Source: Escherichia phage T5. Taken from it: a DNA stretch of 64,000 nt. Location of the stretch: the sequence record AY587007.1, one strand, 5' to 3'. The notes beneath the pieces are model-generated. The model did no database searches. It was given only the letters and a program-made list of their open reading frames with translations, and was not told the origin of the DNA. Positions 1 through 8,853 of the stretch are shown here, piece by piece. Every line of letters starts with the position of its first letter. The stretch's first letter is position 1. Made by a program: the position numbers and the translations under genes.

Positions 1-72
1 TTCTTTGGAAGTGACTGGGTTTTTAAACCGCTTCTCAAGGCTTTTCAGGACTTTATTCGTCCTTCTCCAATA

Positions 73-411
73 ATGATTGTTGGGGTATCTTCATGGTTCT
101 CTGTCAGGAATGAGATGGAGAACGTTCAGATTATGACCGGGTTAGGTCTTATAGACCGTTTTCTTGGTACAACGGATTTTACTGGTGGTGGGCTATCTAG
201 GGGTAATTCTGTTCTTCGCTTCGTTGAAAAGCATAAGCTCAAACATTGGTGTGTGCTGGATGATGCTGGTGCTATGATGTATCAGTATCCAACGGTTATA
301 GTCAATGGTAGAACTGGAATAAATCTTCAAGATTTAAGAGCTGTTAGCTATATGTTAGAATTTAGTCCAGATCTTGAAATGTGTAAAGCCCTACAACAAT
401 TTAAGGTGTAA
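73..411 (+). CDS. hypothetical protein
   Basis: ORF of 112 aa in the same orientation as the early gene block; no recognisable motif; start uncertain. Confidence 0.4.
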   Translation: MIVGVSSWFSVRNEMENVQIMTGLGLIDRFLGTTDFTGGGLSRGNSVLRFVEKHKLKHWCVLDDAGAMMYQYPTVIVNGRTGINLQDLRAVSYMLEFSPDLEMCKALQQFKV

Positions 412-423
412 ATATGTTTAATA

Positions 424-843
424 ATGTATTCTCTAAAGAAGCTAATCCAATATTGGTTAATTTTTGGCGTACTGCTTCCAGCCAACCTGTACAATGAGGC
501 TATTAATGCTCTAAAAATATGGTGTGAGAATAATGAAATCTCCTTTGCTTTTAAAGGCGAGATTGAAGAAGCTCCCTGTATTGGTTTAATTGTGCAGGTA
601 GAGGATGGTCTTGAAGAGATTGTCGGCTGGAAAGAGTTAGATGAAATGGGCTTGGTTTTTGCATTAAACTATAAGCTGTTTATGCCTAATAAACACCGTA
701 TTGTTGTTAACTATAAAACCAGTGAATCTCCTGGCTTTCAAGTTAATGAACATTACGGTTGGTCTTACTCACCGGAAGAAGTAAATGATGGTATCCAAAA
801 ACTTCGTCGTTTTGGTTATCAAATTCCGGGTTTAACTGCCTAA
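424..843 (+). CDS. hypothetical protein (tandem paralog 1)
   Basis: 139 aa; shares motifs PCIG, MGL(V/I)xALN, LF(M/H)P and IPGL with the adjacent ORF 853-1245. Confidence 0.5.
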   Translation: MYSLKKLIQYWLIFGVLLPANLYNEAINALKIWCENNEISFAFKGEIEEAPCIGLIVQVEDGLEEIVGWKELDEMGLVFALNYKLFMPNKHRIVVNYKTSESPGFQVNEHYGWSYSPEEVNDGIQKLRRFGYQIPGLTA

Positions 844-852
844 GGAGGCACA

Positions 853-1245
853 ATGGAACAAATATATTGGCGTCAGATTGATCCTAGTTTGGTGAAGTGT
901 GCAGAGAAGCTGCTACAACGTTGGTTGGGGGTAAGACAAGCCTCCTTCACTTTTCCGGAGCAGCAAATAGACGATCCCTGTATTGGTGTTTTCCTATCAG
1001 GCTACGCTGGGGAATGGGAATTGGATTGGAATGAATTGTCTGCTATGGGTTTAATTGTTGCACTAAATTTCTCTTTGTTCCATCCACGTGGTTTGGCTAT
1101 ATGTCGTGTGCCTGATGATGGTTGTTCGCCCCATCTTTTACGGGTGGAAGATGATATTTGGGAGTACACTCCAGATACTCTCAAAGAAGCTAAAGAACAG
1201 TTAAACCGTGTTGGGATCTATGTTCCAGGCCTGAATGATGAATGA
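853..1245 (+). CDS. hypothetical protein (tandem paralog 2)
   Basis: 130 aa; GGAGG Shine-Dalgarno upstream; collinear similarity to ORF 424-843. Confidence 0.5.
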   Translation: MEQIYWRQIDPSLVKCAEKLLQRWLGVRQASFTFPEQQIDDPCIGVFLSGYAGEWELDWNELSAMGLIVALNFSLFHPRGLAICRVPDDGCSPHLLRVEDDIWEYTPDTLKEAKEQLNRVGIYVPGLNDE

Positions 1246-1336
1246 TTTTTATTAGCTGAACTCTGATTACCGAGTCATTTTGGCTCGGTTTTCTCTGTAC
1301 TCAAAGACACTGATAGCACCATCCGGAAAATTTTAC

Positions 1337-1365
1337 TTGCAGGATGCCCCAAATCTTGATATAAT
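1337..1365 (+). promoter_or_regulatory. sigma70-type early promoter (TTGCAG, 17-bp spacer, extended -10 TGaTATAAT)
   Basis: -35-like TTGCAG at 1337-1342 and TATAAT at 1360-1365, followed by the AT-rich motif ATTTATATTGAATTGAGAGA shared with the other early promoters. Confidence 0.5.
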
Positions 1366-1862
1366 ATTTATATTGAATTGAGAGACATTAGTAAAAATTG
1401 ATTTTGCTAATTTTTCTTGTTTACAATCCGCGATACGGAACAGTTAGGCTGCCCCATTAAGGGTTGTTTTAACTGTTACTAGTGTTTATATTGCATTAGT
1501 TAATATTCAATTAAGTGATCTGTGTACCCTGAATTCGGAAAGGTAAATCCAAACCGTGCATATTTAGCTCGTTATATAGGCAGAGTTTTATATGGGGGTG
1601 CGAACGAAAAGAGCAGCGAATGGCGGCACGTACAGTAGTCACCTACCAATAGGATAGTGAGGACAAATAGAATCGGCTTAGCGGCCAATGACCTAGGTTC
1701 TATTCTGTATATGAGCGAAGAGAGCACAGCACTGAGATATGATAACTTATTCATATTGTTTGATGATAATTGATGTTTACGTAAATAGTAGTAATAGTTG
1801 TTCTATTCTTTCTGAATAGTCCTAAAGAAAAGATTTCGATTAACCAACACAGGAGTATTGTT

Positions 1863-4649
1863 GTGTTTTCTATCCTCCAAGGTCACGCCGGATTTTCTCG
1901 TGATTTAGCAACAGGTATTTGGCGAGAAATCAAAGCGGAAGATTATACCTTTGCCAAGCGATTCTCGAAAGAGCATCCAGAAGGTAAACCAGCTTCTATG
2001 CCCTTCAAATTTGATGTAATAGAAGAGCACGACCCACAAAGCCTTGCCGAAATGTTACCCCTCATGAGACGTTTAACGTCTGACCCTCATATCGTTGCGG
2101 TGCGAGGTCGATGTCTCGCACCTAAAAATAATGTGCGACGTAAGAAAGGTAACTTTAATGTATCTAATCCTAGTAATATTATTGCTATGGACGTGGATGG
2201 TATCCTAGATACCGGTGGGTATGACAAATTTAATCTTGTTGGTATGGCCCGCCACATTATTAAGATGTTGAATAGTATTAGTGAGGATATGTTTCCTCTT
2301 GATGCAGGGTTTATTGCTCATGCATCGTCTTCGGCTGGGCTAAAACCAGGTATCCGAATGCACTTAATGCTAGAATCTAACGTCAAGGTAACTCAGGGTC
2401 AGCTAAAGTTCTTATTTACATCTATCAACGATAGTAGTAAGCAAAAATTTGGTTTTGATATTGCCGACCTAGCTTATTATTCATCTGTCCAGCTCCACTA
2501 TTTTGCCGACCCCTTATTTAGCGATGGTATTGTTGATCCGTTTAAAGCGGAGAGTAAGCCACGTCTGGTGTATGTTAAAGGTTCGAAAGTAAATTTGCCC
2601 AATAATCTGGTTGACTATGAAACAACTAGAGGGGAGTTTAAGGAAGAGTTTTATTCTTTACTTGATCAAATTAAAGGCAAAAAGATTGCTTCTGATAAAG
2701 TAGAAGAAACCATCAGCGAGTTAGAAGAGGCTGATGATGGAGTGTATTTGCGTATTATCCCCAAACTATACCATAGAGCATTAGAGGATGGTGTTGATTT
2801 TGCATGGCTAGAACGTGAGATTAAACCAGCTTTATCTGAATATATTGCAACTAAAGATAACAGTCGTAATATTCAAGATTACTTTAATAACGGTCGTAAG
2901 CAGGCTCTCAAAGCGTTTGTTAATAATTCTAAACGTGAGATTCCATTAAATCTGAAAGGTGTTCCACTTAAGAAATTAGAAGTGGATTCTCCACCAGAAG
3001 TTCCATACCTGAAGATTAACATTGTGCCCCCAAAAGGCCATATAACATTTGTTAAGGCAAGTCTTGGTACTGGTAAAACTACGGCAGTAACTAAATGGCT
3101 GGACGCAGGTGTTCTTCCAGGCAACTTTTTAGCAGTTACAAATACTAGAGCACTGGTATCTTCAAATGCCAAGAAATTTAGTGCAGGACAATACGATAAG
3201 TCTGTAGATATGCTCAACTTTAAACGTGGAGCTATCGATCGTATGTCCACAACTATTCACTCTTTGCATAAGTTCAAAAGTTTTATTGGGCAAATAGACA
3301 CCATTTTTATTGATGAATGTGACGCTGTAATGAATGACCTATTATTCGCCCCTGTTGTTAAACAACGTCGCGAGTGTATTCAAGTTCTACGTGACATCCT
3401 TATGACAGCTAAGACTGTAATCTTATCCGATGGTGATATTAGTGCTGAGACGATTGAAGCATATGGTTCTCTAATTGATTTTGATAAACCAGTAGCATTT
3501 TATAATCATCACCGTAAAATGCTGTCAAAAGCACACGCTTATGAGTTTCCTGATGAATCCAGTATTTGGGTTGCACTTCAGACTTCTCTAGAGATGGGTG
3601 AGAAATCTATTCTAGTATCTGATTGTGGCCCGGATGAGCTGAATGAGAAGGGTATGGCACTGCGTCGTAATACGGGTGCGTTAGTTAAGGAAATCCATTC
3701 AAACTCCACCTCAGATGTGGATATTCGACGTATTCTGGATTATACAACTAATGAGCTAATTGATCAACAAATTGATTGCTTATTATGTAGTCCATCCGTA
3801 ACGAGTGGCGTTGACTTTAACTATTTCGATAATGTGTTTGTTATTACTAGAACCAGTAATCAAGCGCCAAACATGCGTTTCCAAGCAATCAGGCGCGACC
3901 GTGGTGCCCAGAACATCTATTATTTTATTGATAAATCTACGAGTGGATTCTCTGCAGGTTCTGAGCAATATAATATTGATGAAGGTTGGCTGGAGTTAGC
4001 ACAGCAATTATACGCACGTCGTAGAGAGCTGGAATCTAGAAACTATACTAGTACCTTACGTTATTATTTGCTTGATCAGGGTGCAACTATTGATATTTTC
4101 AGCGAAAGCTGGGGAACTATTGAAGGTGCTGGTAAAGAATATACAGAAGAGCGAATCAAAGCTATTCTGCATTCAACTCCAGATTATTGTGCCCCACGTC
4201 ATGCAGATGCATATGAAGCTAAACTACTTCTTGTTCGCTATTATCATCTTGAGTCTATTAAAGATGTAACAGTTGAGCATGTCGAACAATATATCAAAGA
4301 TAAACCGAATGATCGAGCTGCATTCTTCCATAAGATGCACGAGATGTTCTGGGAAGATATTAAGAAGTGTTCAAATGTGACCATTAAACCATTCATAGAG
4401 GCTCTGAAAGGTAAGAAGAAAGACTTCTTCCTTAAAACAGGTCAGAGTGCCAACCCAAAATATGCTAGAATGTATCTTGGTATGATGGGTATTGGTAAGG
4501 ATATGAACACTGAAAATATTGTAGACTGGTACAGAACCTATTGTAAAATCGAGTGTATGCCAATTCCTTTCAAATTCATGACAGAGGAAGAGAGGGCTAT
4601 GGCAGAAGAAGTAATGTCCGAACTTGGAGCAACTAATGAAGATGCATAA
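1863..4649 (+). CDS. P-loop ATPase, putative replication initiation / origin-binding helicase-like protein
   Basis: 928 aa; GTG start with AGGAG 8 nt upstream; Walker A (GTGKTT) and Walker B-like (IFIDECD) motifs; position at head of replication module. Confidence 0.55.
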   Translation: MFSILQGHAGFSRDLATGIWREIKAEDYTFAKRFSKEHPEGKPASMPFKFDVIEEHDPQSLAEMLPLMRRLTSDPHIVAVRGRCLAPKNNVRRKKGNFNVSNPSNIIAMDVDGILDTGGYDKFNLVGMARHIIKMLNSISEDMFPLDAGFIAHASSSAGLKPGIRMHLMLESNVKVTQGQLKFLFTSINDSSKQKFGFDIADLAYYSSVQLHYFADPLFSDGIVDPFKAESKPRLVYVKGSKVNLPNNLVDYETTRGEFKEEFYSLLDQIKGKKIASDKVEETISELEEADDGVYLRIIPKLYHRALEDGVDFAWLEREIKPALSEYIATKDNSRNIQDYFNNGRKQALKAFVNNSKREIPLNLKGVPLKKLEVDSPPEVPYLKINIVPPKGHITFVKASLGTGKTTAVTKWLDAGVLPGNFLAVTNTRALVSSNAKKFSAGQYDKSVDMLNFKRGAIDRMSTTIHSLHKFKSFIGQIDTIFIDECDAVMNDLLFAPVVKQRRECIQVLRDILMTAKTVILSDGDISAETIEAYGSLIDFDKPVAFYNHHRKMLSKAHAYEFPDESSIWVALQTSLEMGEKSILVSDCGPDELNEKGMALRRNTGALVKEIHSNSTSDVDIRRILDYTTNELIDQQIDCLLCSPSVTSGVDFNYFDNVFVITRTSNQAPNMRFQAIRRDRGAQNIYYFIDKSTSGFSAGSEQYNIDEGWLELAQQLYARRRELESRNYTSTLRYYLLDQGATIDIFSESWGTIEGAGKEYTEERIKAILHSTPDYCAPRHADAYEAKLLLVRYYHLESIKDVTVEHVEQYIKDKPNDRAAFFHKMHEMFWEDIKKCSNVTIKPFIEALKGKKKDFFLKTGQSANPKYARMYLGMMGIGKDMNTENIVDWYRTYCKIECMPIPFKFMTEEERAMAEEVMSELGATNEDA

Positions 4650-5154
4650 ACCAATGCCTCCTATGGCATTTATCCTAGAAAAGCTTAGGTATGACGAAAG
4701 TACCGGGGACTTAATTTGGTTATCTGGCCCAAGGAAGGGAAAGGTGGCGGGCTCCAAAATGAAAACTGGAAGACAGTTAGAGTTTACGATAAATGGGGAG
4801 CGGACAGCTTACTTAGCCCATAGAATAATCTGGTTTATAAAGACAGGCGAAGATCCTGGGGATAAAACTATCGACCACAAAGACGGTGATAGTTTAAACA
4901 ACTTGTGGGATAATTTACGTAAGGCTACCTATTCCGAAAATGGAAAGAATAAGAAGTGTTCTACTAATTCTACCGGATTCACTGGAGTTGTAAAACGAGG
5001 TAATAGATATATGGCCTACGCTTACTGCGAGGGAAAGCAGCATATTTTTGGTAGACGAGATACCCCGGAAGAAGCCCATCAGCTATACCTTAGGGGAGTT
5101 AAAGAACTGTTTGGTGAATTTAATCCCTCGGAGAGATATGACAGTGAAGAATAA
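4624..5154 (+). CDS. HNH homing endonuclease with AP2-like DNA-binding domain
   Basis: 176 aa; HNH motif IDHKDGDSLNNLWDNLRKATYSEN; C-terminal AP2-like segment GFTGVVKRGNRYMAYAY; real start may be an internal Met since the ORF overlaps the upstream gene. Confidence 0.7.
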   Translation: MEQLMKMHKPMPPMAFILEKLRYDESTGDLIWLSGPRKGKVAGSKMKTGRQLEFTINGERTAYLAHRIIWFIKTGEDPGDKTIDHKDGDSLNNLWDNLRKATYSENGKNKKCSTNSTGFTGVVKRGNRYMAYAYCEGKQHIFGRRDTPEEAHQLYLRGVKELFGEFNPSERYDSEE

Positions 5155-5371
5155 AAAATGGGAAACAAGGAAGTTTCCAGTAAAAGAACGTAAAGTTCCT
5201 GTTTATGATACTTCGGAGAAGCTATGTAGGGTGGTACCGCACAGATTAGCTGGCATCCCTAACATATCCGAATGGTTACTTAAACAACGGAGGACTAGCG
5301 TATCCCTTCGCATAGGGTTTGAGTTAGATAAAGTATATGCTGAACTTTCTTCTTTGCTCAAAGAATCATAA
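5138..5371 (+). CDS. hypothetical small protein
   Basis: ATG at 5138 preceded by GGAG; trimmed from track ORF 5048-5371 whose 5' part overlaps the HNH gene in another frame. Confidence 0.3.
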   Translation: MTVKNKKWETRKFPVKERKVPVYDTSEKLCRVVPHRLAGIPNISEWLLKQRRTSVSLRIGFELDKVYAELSSLLKES

Positions 5372-5380
5372 AAAATTTAT

Positions 5381-5409
5381 TTGCTTTCAGGAAAATTTTT
5401 CTGTATAAT
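5381..5409 (+). promoter_or_regulatory. sigma70-type early promoter (TTGCTT, 17 bp, TGTATAAT)
   Basis: TTGCTT 5381-5386, TATAAT 5404-5409 with TG extension, then AGATTCATAAATTTGAGAGAGGAG and ATG at 5441. Confidence 0.55.
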
Positions 5410-5440
5410 AGATTCATAAATTTGAGAGAGGAGTTTAAAT

Positions 5441-6145
5441 ATGGCTGGTTCTCGCAGAAAGAAACATATCCATGAAATCCCGGATGAAGTCTTTAAAAAA
5501 GTTATAGAGCATCTGGAAAACGGTGGTACTAAGAAAGCAGCATGTGAAATGCTCGGCGTATCATCCAATCCAACTATGGAAAGGATGATTGAAGAGTGGC
5601 AAGACCGCCAGATTCAAGTTGCCGAAATGAAGAAAAAGAAACGTGGTACACTCATTGAAGGTATTGAGTTGGCCAACGTTATTGAACAGTATCTATCTGG
5701 CGATTCTTTCGAAGAGATTGCCGATCGTAATTACCGCTCTGTAGCAATGGTTAAATCTGTTCTGGAACGCTATGGTGCTCTGCTTCGTTTGAACGATATT
5801 GTAGATCCATTGAATCCACCAATTATTCCTGATGATGCTGTAGCAGAAGAATTTGAGGTAGGTGAGCTTGTTTGGGTTCCTGGATACCAGTGTATTGGTG
5901 AAATCAAAAAAGCAATGGATAACCCTGTTGGTTGTTACCGTGTTTGGCTTCTATCAGAAGGCAAACAACAGAACGTTCATTATATGAATTATGAGCTGGC
6001 CTCTGTTAAACACCTGGAAAAGTTAGGGGTTGATGTAAAATCTCTGGGGTATAAATGGACTCGGGAAGAAGTCATTACGTTGATTAACGAAGCTGTTAAG
6101 GCCGCCTTGAAACTTGATAAAGAAAAAGGAAAACGCCGTGAGTAG
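5441..6145 (+). CDS. hypothetical protein, possible DNA-binding
   Basis: 234 aa directly downstream of a strong promoter and RBS; N-terminal segment GGTKKAACEMLGVSSNPTMERMI is helix-turn-helix-like. Confidence 0.5.
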   Translation: MAGSRRKKHIHEIPDEVFKKVIEHLENGGTKKAACEMLGVSSNPTMERMIEEWQDRQIQVAEMKKKKRGTLIEGIELANVIEQYLSGDSFEEIADRNYRSVAMVKSVLERYGALLRLNDIVDPLNPPIIPDDAVAEEFEVGELVWVPGYQCIGEIKKAMDNPVGCYRVWLLSEGKQQNVHYMNYELASVKHLEKLGVDVKSLGYKWTREEVITLINEAVKAALKLDKEKGKRRE

Positions 6146-6389
6146 ACTAACTGATTTACTTAAAGATGGGGAAGTAAAAACACTATATCGTAGAAGCTGG
6201 GATAACGATAATAACGGCTTAGTGTTGCTAACTTTAGATGCTGACTCGGATGTAGCTACTCAGCATACCTGGGTAGCCGGTAATTATCCATATAGCGAGG
6301 TTGTTTCATTAACAGTATGCGAAGCTATTGCAGACGATTGGGAGGTTGCCAGCATTGAGGGTATGCTCGCTGTTGGCCTGGTGGAGTAA
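6114..6389 (+). CDS. hypothetical protein
   Basis: 91-aa track ORF; likely true start is GTG at 6139 preceded by AAGGA, overlapping the end of the upstream gene. Confidence 0.35.
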   Translation: MIKKKENAVSRLTDLLKDGEVKTLYRRSWDNDNNGLVLLTLDADSDVATQHTWVAGNYPYSEVVSLTVCEAIADDWEVASIEGMLAVGLVE

Positions 6390-6406
6390 CTACTTAAAAA
6401 TTTCAG

Positions 6407-6435
6407 TTGCTTAATCCTACAATTCTTGATATAAT
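6407..6435 (+). promoter_or_regulatory. sigma70-type early promoter (TTGCTT, 17 bp, TGaTATAAT)
   Basis: TTGCTT 6407-6412, TATAAT 6430-6435; a second TGTATAAT at 6462-6469 lies just upstream of the ORF at 6493. Confidence 0.5.
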
Positions 6436-6492
6436 ATTCTCATAGTTTGAAAGAACTATTCTGTATAATTCTTAATTAAGGAAATATAAAAT

Positions 6493-6903
6493 ATGACTAC
6501 TCCAACTCAGTGGACTGATGAACTGTTCGAAAAAATGTCTTCCGAATACGTTGCTCGTATGGAGCAATTCCCAGAGGATGAACGTCCGGGTGTTAGCATG
6601 GAAATTGTTAGCGAAATTGCCCAGGAAAATGGTGTAACTCCGAACGGTTTTCGTATGAAGCTGACTAAAGCAGGTTTGTATATTAAGAAAGCTGCTGGTT
6701 CTACTTCTAAATCTAGCGCATCTACTGGAGAAAAAGCTTCCGGTGGTTCTCGTACCTCCAAAGCTCAAGCCCACGCCGACCTTCGCGCAGCATTCTCTGA
6801 TGCTGGCTTAGCACCAGATTTTCTGGATGATGCAATTATCGACAAACTGACCGGTAAAGCGGCTGCTCATCTGGCAGAAGCAATCCGAGCTATCACTAAG
6901 TAA
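6493..6903 (+). CDS. hypothetical protein, codon-optimised, putative DNA-binding
   Basis: 136 aa; strong bias to E. coli major codons (CTG, CGT, GGT, GCT) unlike neighbouring genes; motif NGFRMKLTKAGL resembles the repeats in ORF 9629-10396 and in A2. Confidence 0.55.
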   Translation: MTTPTQWTDELFEKMSSEYVARMEQFPEDERPGVSMEIVSEIAQENGVTPNGFRMKLTKAGLYIKKAAGSTSKSSASTGEKASGGSRTSKAQAHADLRAAFSDAGLAPDFLDDAIIDKLTGKAAAHLAEAIRAITK

Positions 6904-6939
6904 TTTTAGATAAATCCACCAACAAAAGGAACTATAGCT

Positions 6940-7236
6940 ATGACTAAAGCTGAAATTATTGCACAGTGCGAAAAATTGGGTGAGTTTTATCTTCATTACG
7001 AGAAACTTCGTCAGAAAGGAACCACGTACCTTCAGGGTACAATGGAATTTGATCCGGCCCAAGATAAATATCTGGCTGAGCGTATTAAACGCGAACGTAT
7101 TCGTAAAGCGAAAGATGATGAAATCCTTGTCTTCTCTCGTACTAATGATAGCTTCCGTTTTATTCCTGTCGAGAAAGTCCGTCGTGTGACTAGCCTCCAA
7201 TCAGAGTTAGATCGTGCTTCTCCAGTAGGCCGATAA
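6940..7236 (+). CDS. hypothetical protein
   Basis: 98 aa, GGA-rich RBS region, same orientation as the early operon. Confidence 0.45.
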   Translation: MTKAEIIAQCEKLGEFYLHYEKLRQKGTTYLQGTMEFDPAQDKYLAERIKRERIRKAKDDEILVFSRTNDSFRFIPVEKVRRVTSLQSELDRASPVGR

Positions 7237-7286
7237 GAAAACAATTAGCCCCTATATGGGGCTTTTGGTGTATTGGGGATATGTAA

Positions 7287-7595
7287 ATGAGCGAACAGGT
7301 AAATCAAAACTATGAAGGACACGTTGATGACCAGTCCATCATACTTGGGGAGAAGGAGGGGGAACAAGTAAGATTAACAGTATCTGAATTTCGTGGGAAT
7401 CTATACATGGGTATTCGTTACTGGCTTCTTGATATTAATGATGAATGGTTTCCAACGAAATCTGGCTTCTCTTTTCCTTACACCCTAGAAACAACATCAC
7501 AGCTTTTCTATGCGTTTACACAGATTCTTAGCGAATCTGAGGTTTTACATGAAGTACAGAAACGAGCTGAAGAACTCAAAGCCAAGAATGCCTAG
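7287..7595 (+). CDS. PC4-like single-stranded DNA-binding protein
   Basis: 102 aa; segment LTVSEFRGNLYMGIRYWLLDINDEWFPTKSGFSF matches the conserved core of the PC4/YdbC fold (F-x-G-x-x-Y-x-x-IR-x-W ... P-T-K-x-G-x-S). Confidence 0.5.
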   Translation: MSEQVNQNYEGHVDDQSIILGEKEGEQVRLTVSEFRGNLYMGIRYWLLDINDEWFPTKSGFSFPYTLETTSQLFYAFTQILSESEVLHEVQKRAEELKAKNA

Positions 7596-7612
7596 TTCTT
7601 GGCTTTTTCTTT
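7578..7612 (+). terminator. rho-independent terminator
   Basis: 11-bp perfect stem AAAGCCAAGAA / TTCTTGGCTTT with 7-nt loop, followed by a T-run; overlaps the stop of ORF 7287-7595. Confidence 0.6.
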
Positions 7613-7622
7613 ATAAATGTAT

Positions 7623-7651
7623 TTGCTTTCAACTCAGTTTTGTTATATAAT
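7623..7651 (+). promoter_or_regulatory. sigma70-type early promoter (TTGCTT, 17 bp, TATAAT)
   Basis: TTGCTT 7623-7628, TATAAT 7646-7651, then ATTTATATAAATTAATGAGAGA and ATG at 7683. Confidence 0.55.
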
Positions 7652-7682
7652 ATTTATATAAATTAATGAGAGATATAAATAA

Positions 7683-8654
7683 ATGACTAATGTAAAAGAA
7701 TTTATTAAACGCTGTCAAGAAGCATATTATCAAGGCATGTCTTTAATCTCTGATGAAGAATATGATCGCCTGGTAAAACGCTTCCCGTTAGAGGAAGAGA
7801 TCGGGCCTAAGGGTGATATTCCACATCTATATCGTATGTATTCTTTACAGAAAGTTTACTATAACCGTGGTGATAAACCACCATTCAATCCTTTAGGTCA
7901 GGTGGAAACCGATAAGTTAGATGGTTGTGCAATTTCTCTGCTATATATTAACGGCGAATTTGTTCAAGCATTAACCCGCGGTAATGGTATTCTGGGGAAT
8001 GATGTCACAAGCAACGTAAGATTGCTGAACATTCCTAAAAAGATTTCCCAAAAAGTACCTACTCAAATCACTGGTGAAGTTCTAATTACAAAAGAAGTAG
8101 AAAATAAACGTAACTTTGCCTCTGGTGCTATTAACCTCAAAGATAGCGATGATTTCGTACAACGTATCGGGGAAGGTGGTTTAATCTTCGTTGCATACGG
8201 TATCCAGTGTTCTGCTGAATCTGTAGGTATTACAGAAGCATATTTAAAAGATATGCTTTGGCTAGAGAATGAGAACTTCTTAACAGTTGTTAATGTGCGT
8301 TCCTTCTTTAAATGGATTCCGACGGACGGTAAAGTTGTTCGTATTAATGACAACCACCAATTCTTCCGTGAAGGCTGGACTAATAAATTCCCTCGTGGAG
8401 CATTCGCTATTAAAGAGGATGAAGAAGGCGAGATTACAACTCTTACTAAAGTTGAATGGCAGGTAGGGGCTTCGGGTAAAGTAACTCCAGTTGGTTATTT
8501 TGAACCGGTAATTATTGATGATGCTACAATTGTTAAAGCAACTCTTAATAACGTTGATTATATTAACTCTCTCGATCTAGAGATCGGTTGCCAGATTCGA
8601 GTGATTCGTGCTGGTGGTGTAATCCCGTGCATAGTAGAGCGAGTATACGATTAA
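7683..8654 (+). CDS. NAD-dependent DNA ligase, N-terminal part (adenylation and OB domains)
   Basis: 323 aa; adenylation motif KLDGCAISLLYINGEFVQALTRGNG (KxDG) and OB-domain end IRVIRAGGVIPCIVERV are collinear with bacterial LigA. Confidence 0.8.
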   Translation: MTNVKEFIKRCQEAYYQGMSLISDEEYDRLVKRFPLEEEIGPKGDIPHLYRMYSLQKVYYNRGDKPPFNPLGQVETDKLDGCAISLLYINGEFVQALTRGNGILGNDVTSNVRLLNIPKKISQKVPTQITGEVLITKEVENKRNFASGAINLKDSDDFVQRIGEGGLIFVAYGIQCSAESVGITEAYLKDMLWLENENFLTVVNVRSFFKWIPTDGKVVRINDNHQFFREGWTNKFPRGAFAIKEDEEGEITTLTKVEWQVGASGKVTPVGYFEPVIIDDATIVKATLNNVDYINSLDLEIGCQIRVIRAGGVIPCIVERVYD

Positions 8655-8704
8655 TACATAACCCTTTGCTACCCATCTACCATATCGGAATTATAAAGTG
8701 GTTA

Positions 8705-8733
8705 TTGACATTTTCGCCGCTTAGGTATATACT
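8705..8733 (+). promoter_or_regulatory. sigma70-type promoter (TTGACA, 17 bp, TATACT)
   Basis: Consensus -35 TTGACA 8705-8710 and -10 TATACT 8728-8733 in the gap between the two ligase ORFs. Confidence 0.45.
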
Positions 8734-8797
8734 ATTATCATTCAGTTGAGGGATAGAAAGTTATGGCGAGGGTAAGCCAAGTTAGTTAAAATTGTAG

Positions 8798-8826
8798 TTG
8801 CTAAATGCTTAAATACTTGCTATAAT
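8798..8826 (+). promoter_or_regulatory. sigma70-type early promoter (TTGCTA, 17 bp, TGcTATAAT)
   Basis: TTGCTA 8798-8803, TATAAT 8821-8826, then ATTTATATAAATTGATAAGGAAG and ATG at 8854. Confidence 0.55.
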
Positions 8827-8853
8827 ATTTATATAAATTGATAAGGAAGAAAT

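Noticed and set aside
1440-1760. Possible tRNA or structured RNA
   Set aside because: No T-loop-like GTTCGAAT/GTTCAAAT consensus or cloverleaf-compatible arrangement found by eye; would need tRNAscan-SE or Infernal.
5048-5371. Full-length 107-aa track ORF
   Set aside because: Its 5' part overlaps the HNH endonuclease gene out of frame; only the part from ATG 5138, which has an RBS, is retained as a low-confidence small gene.
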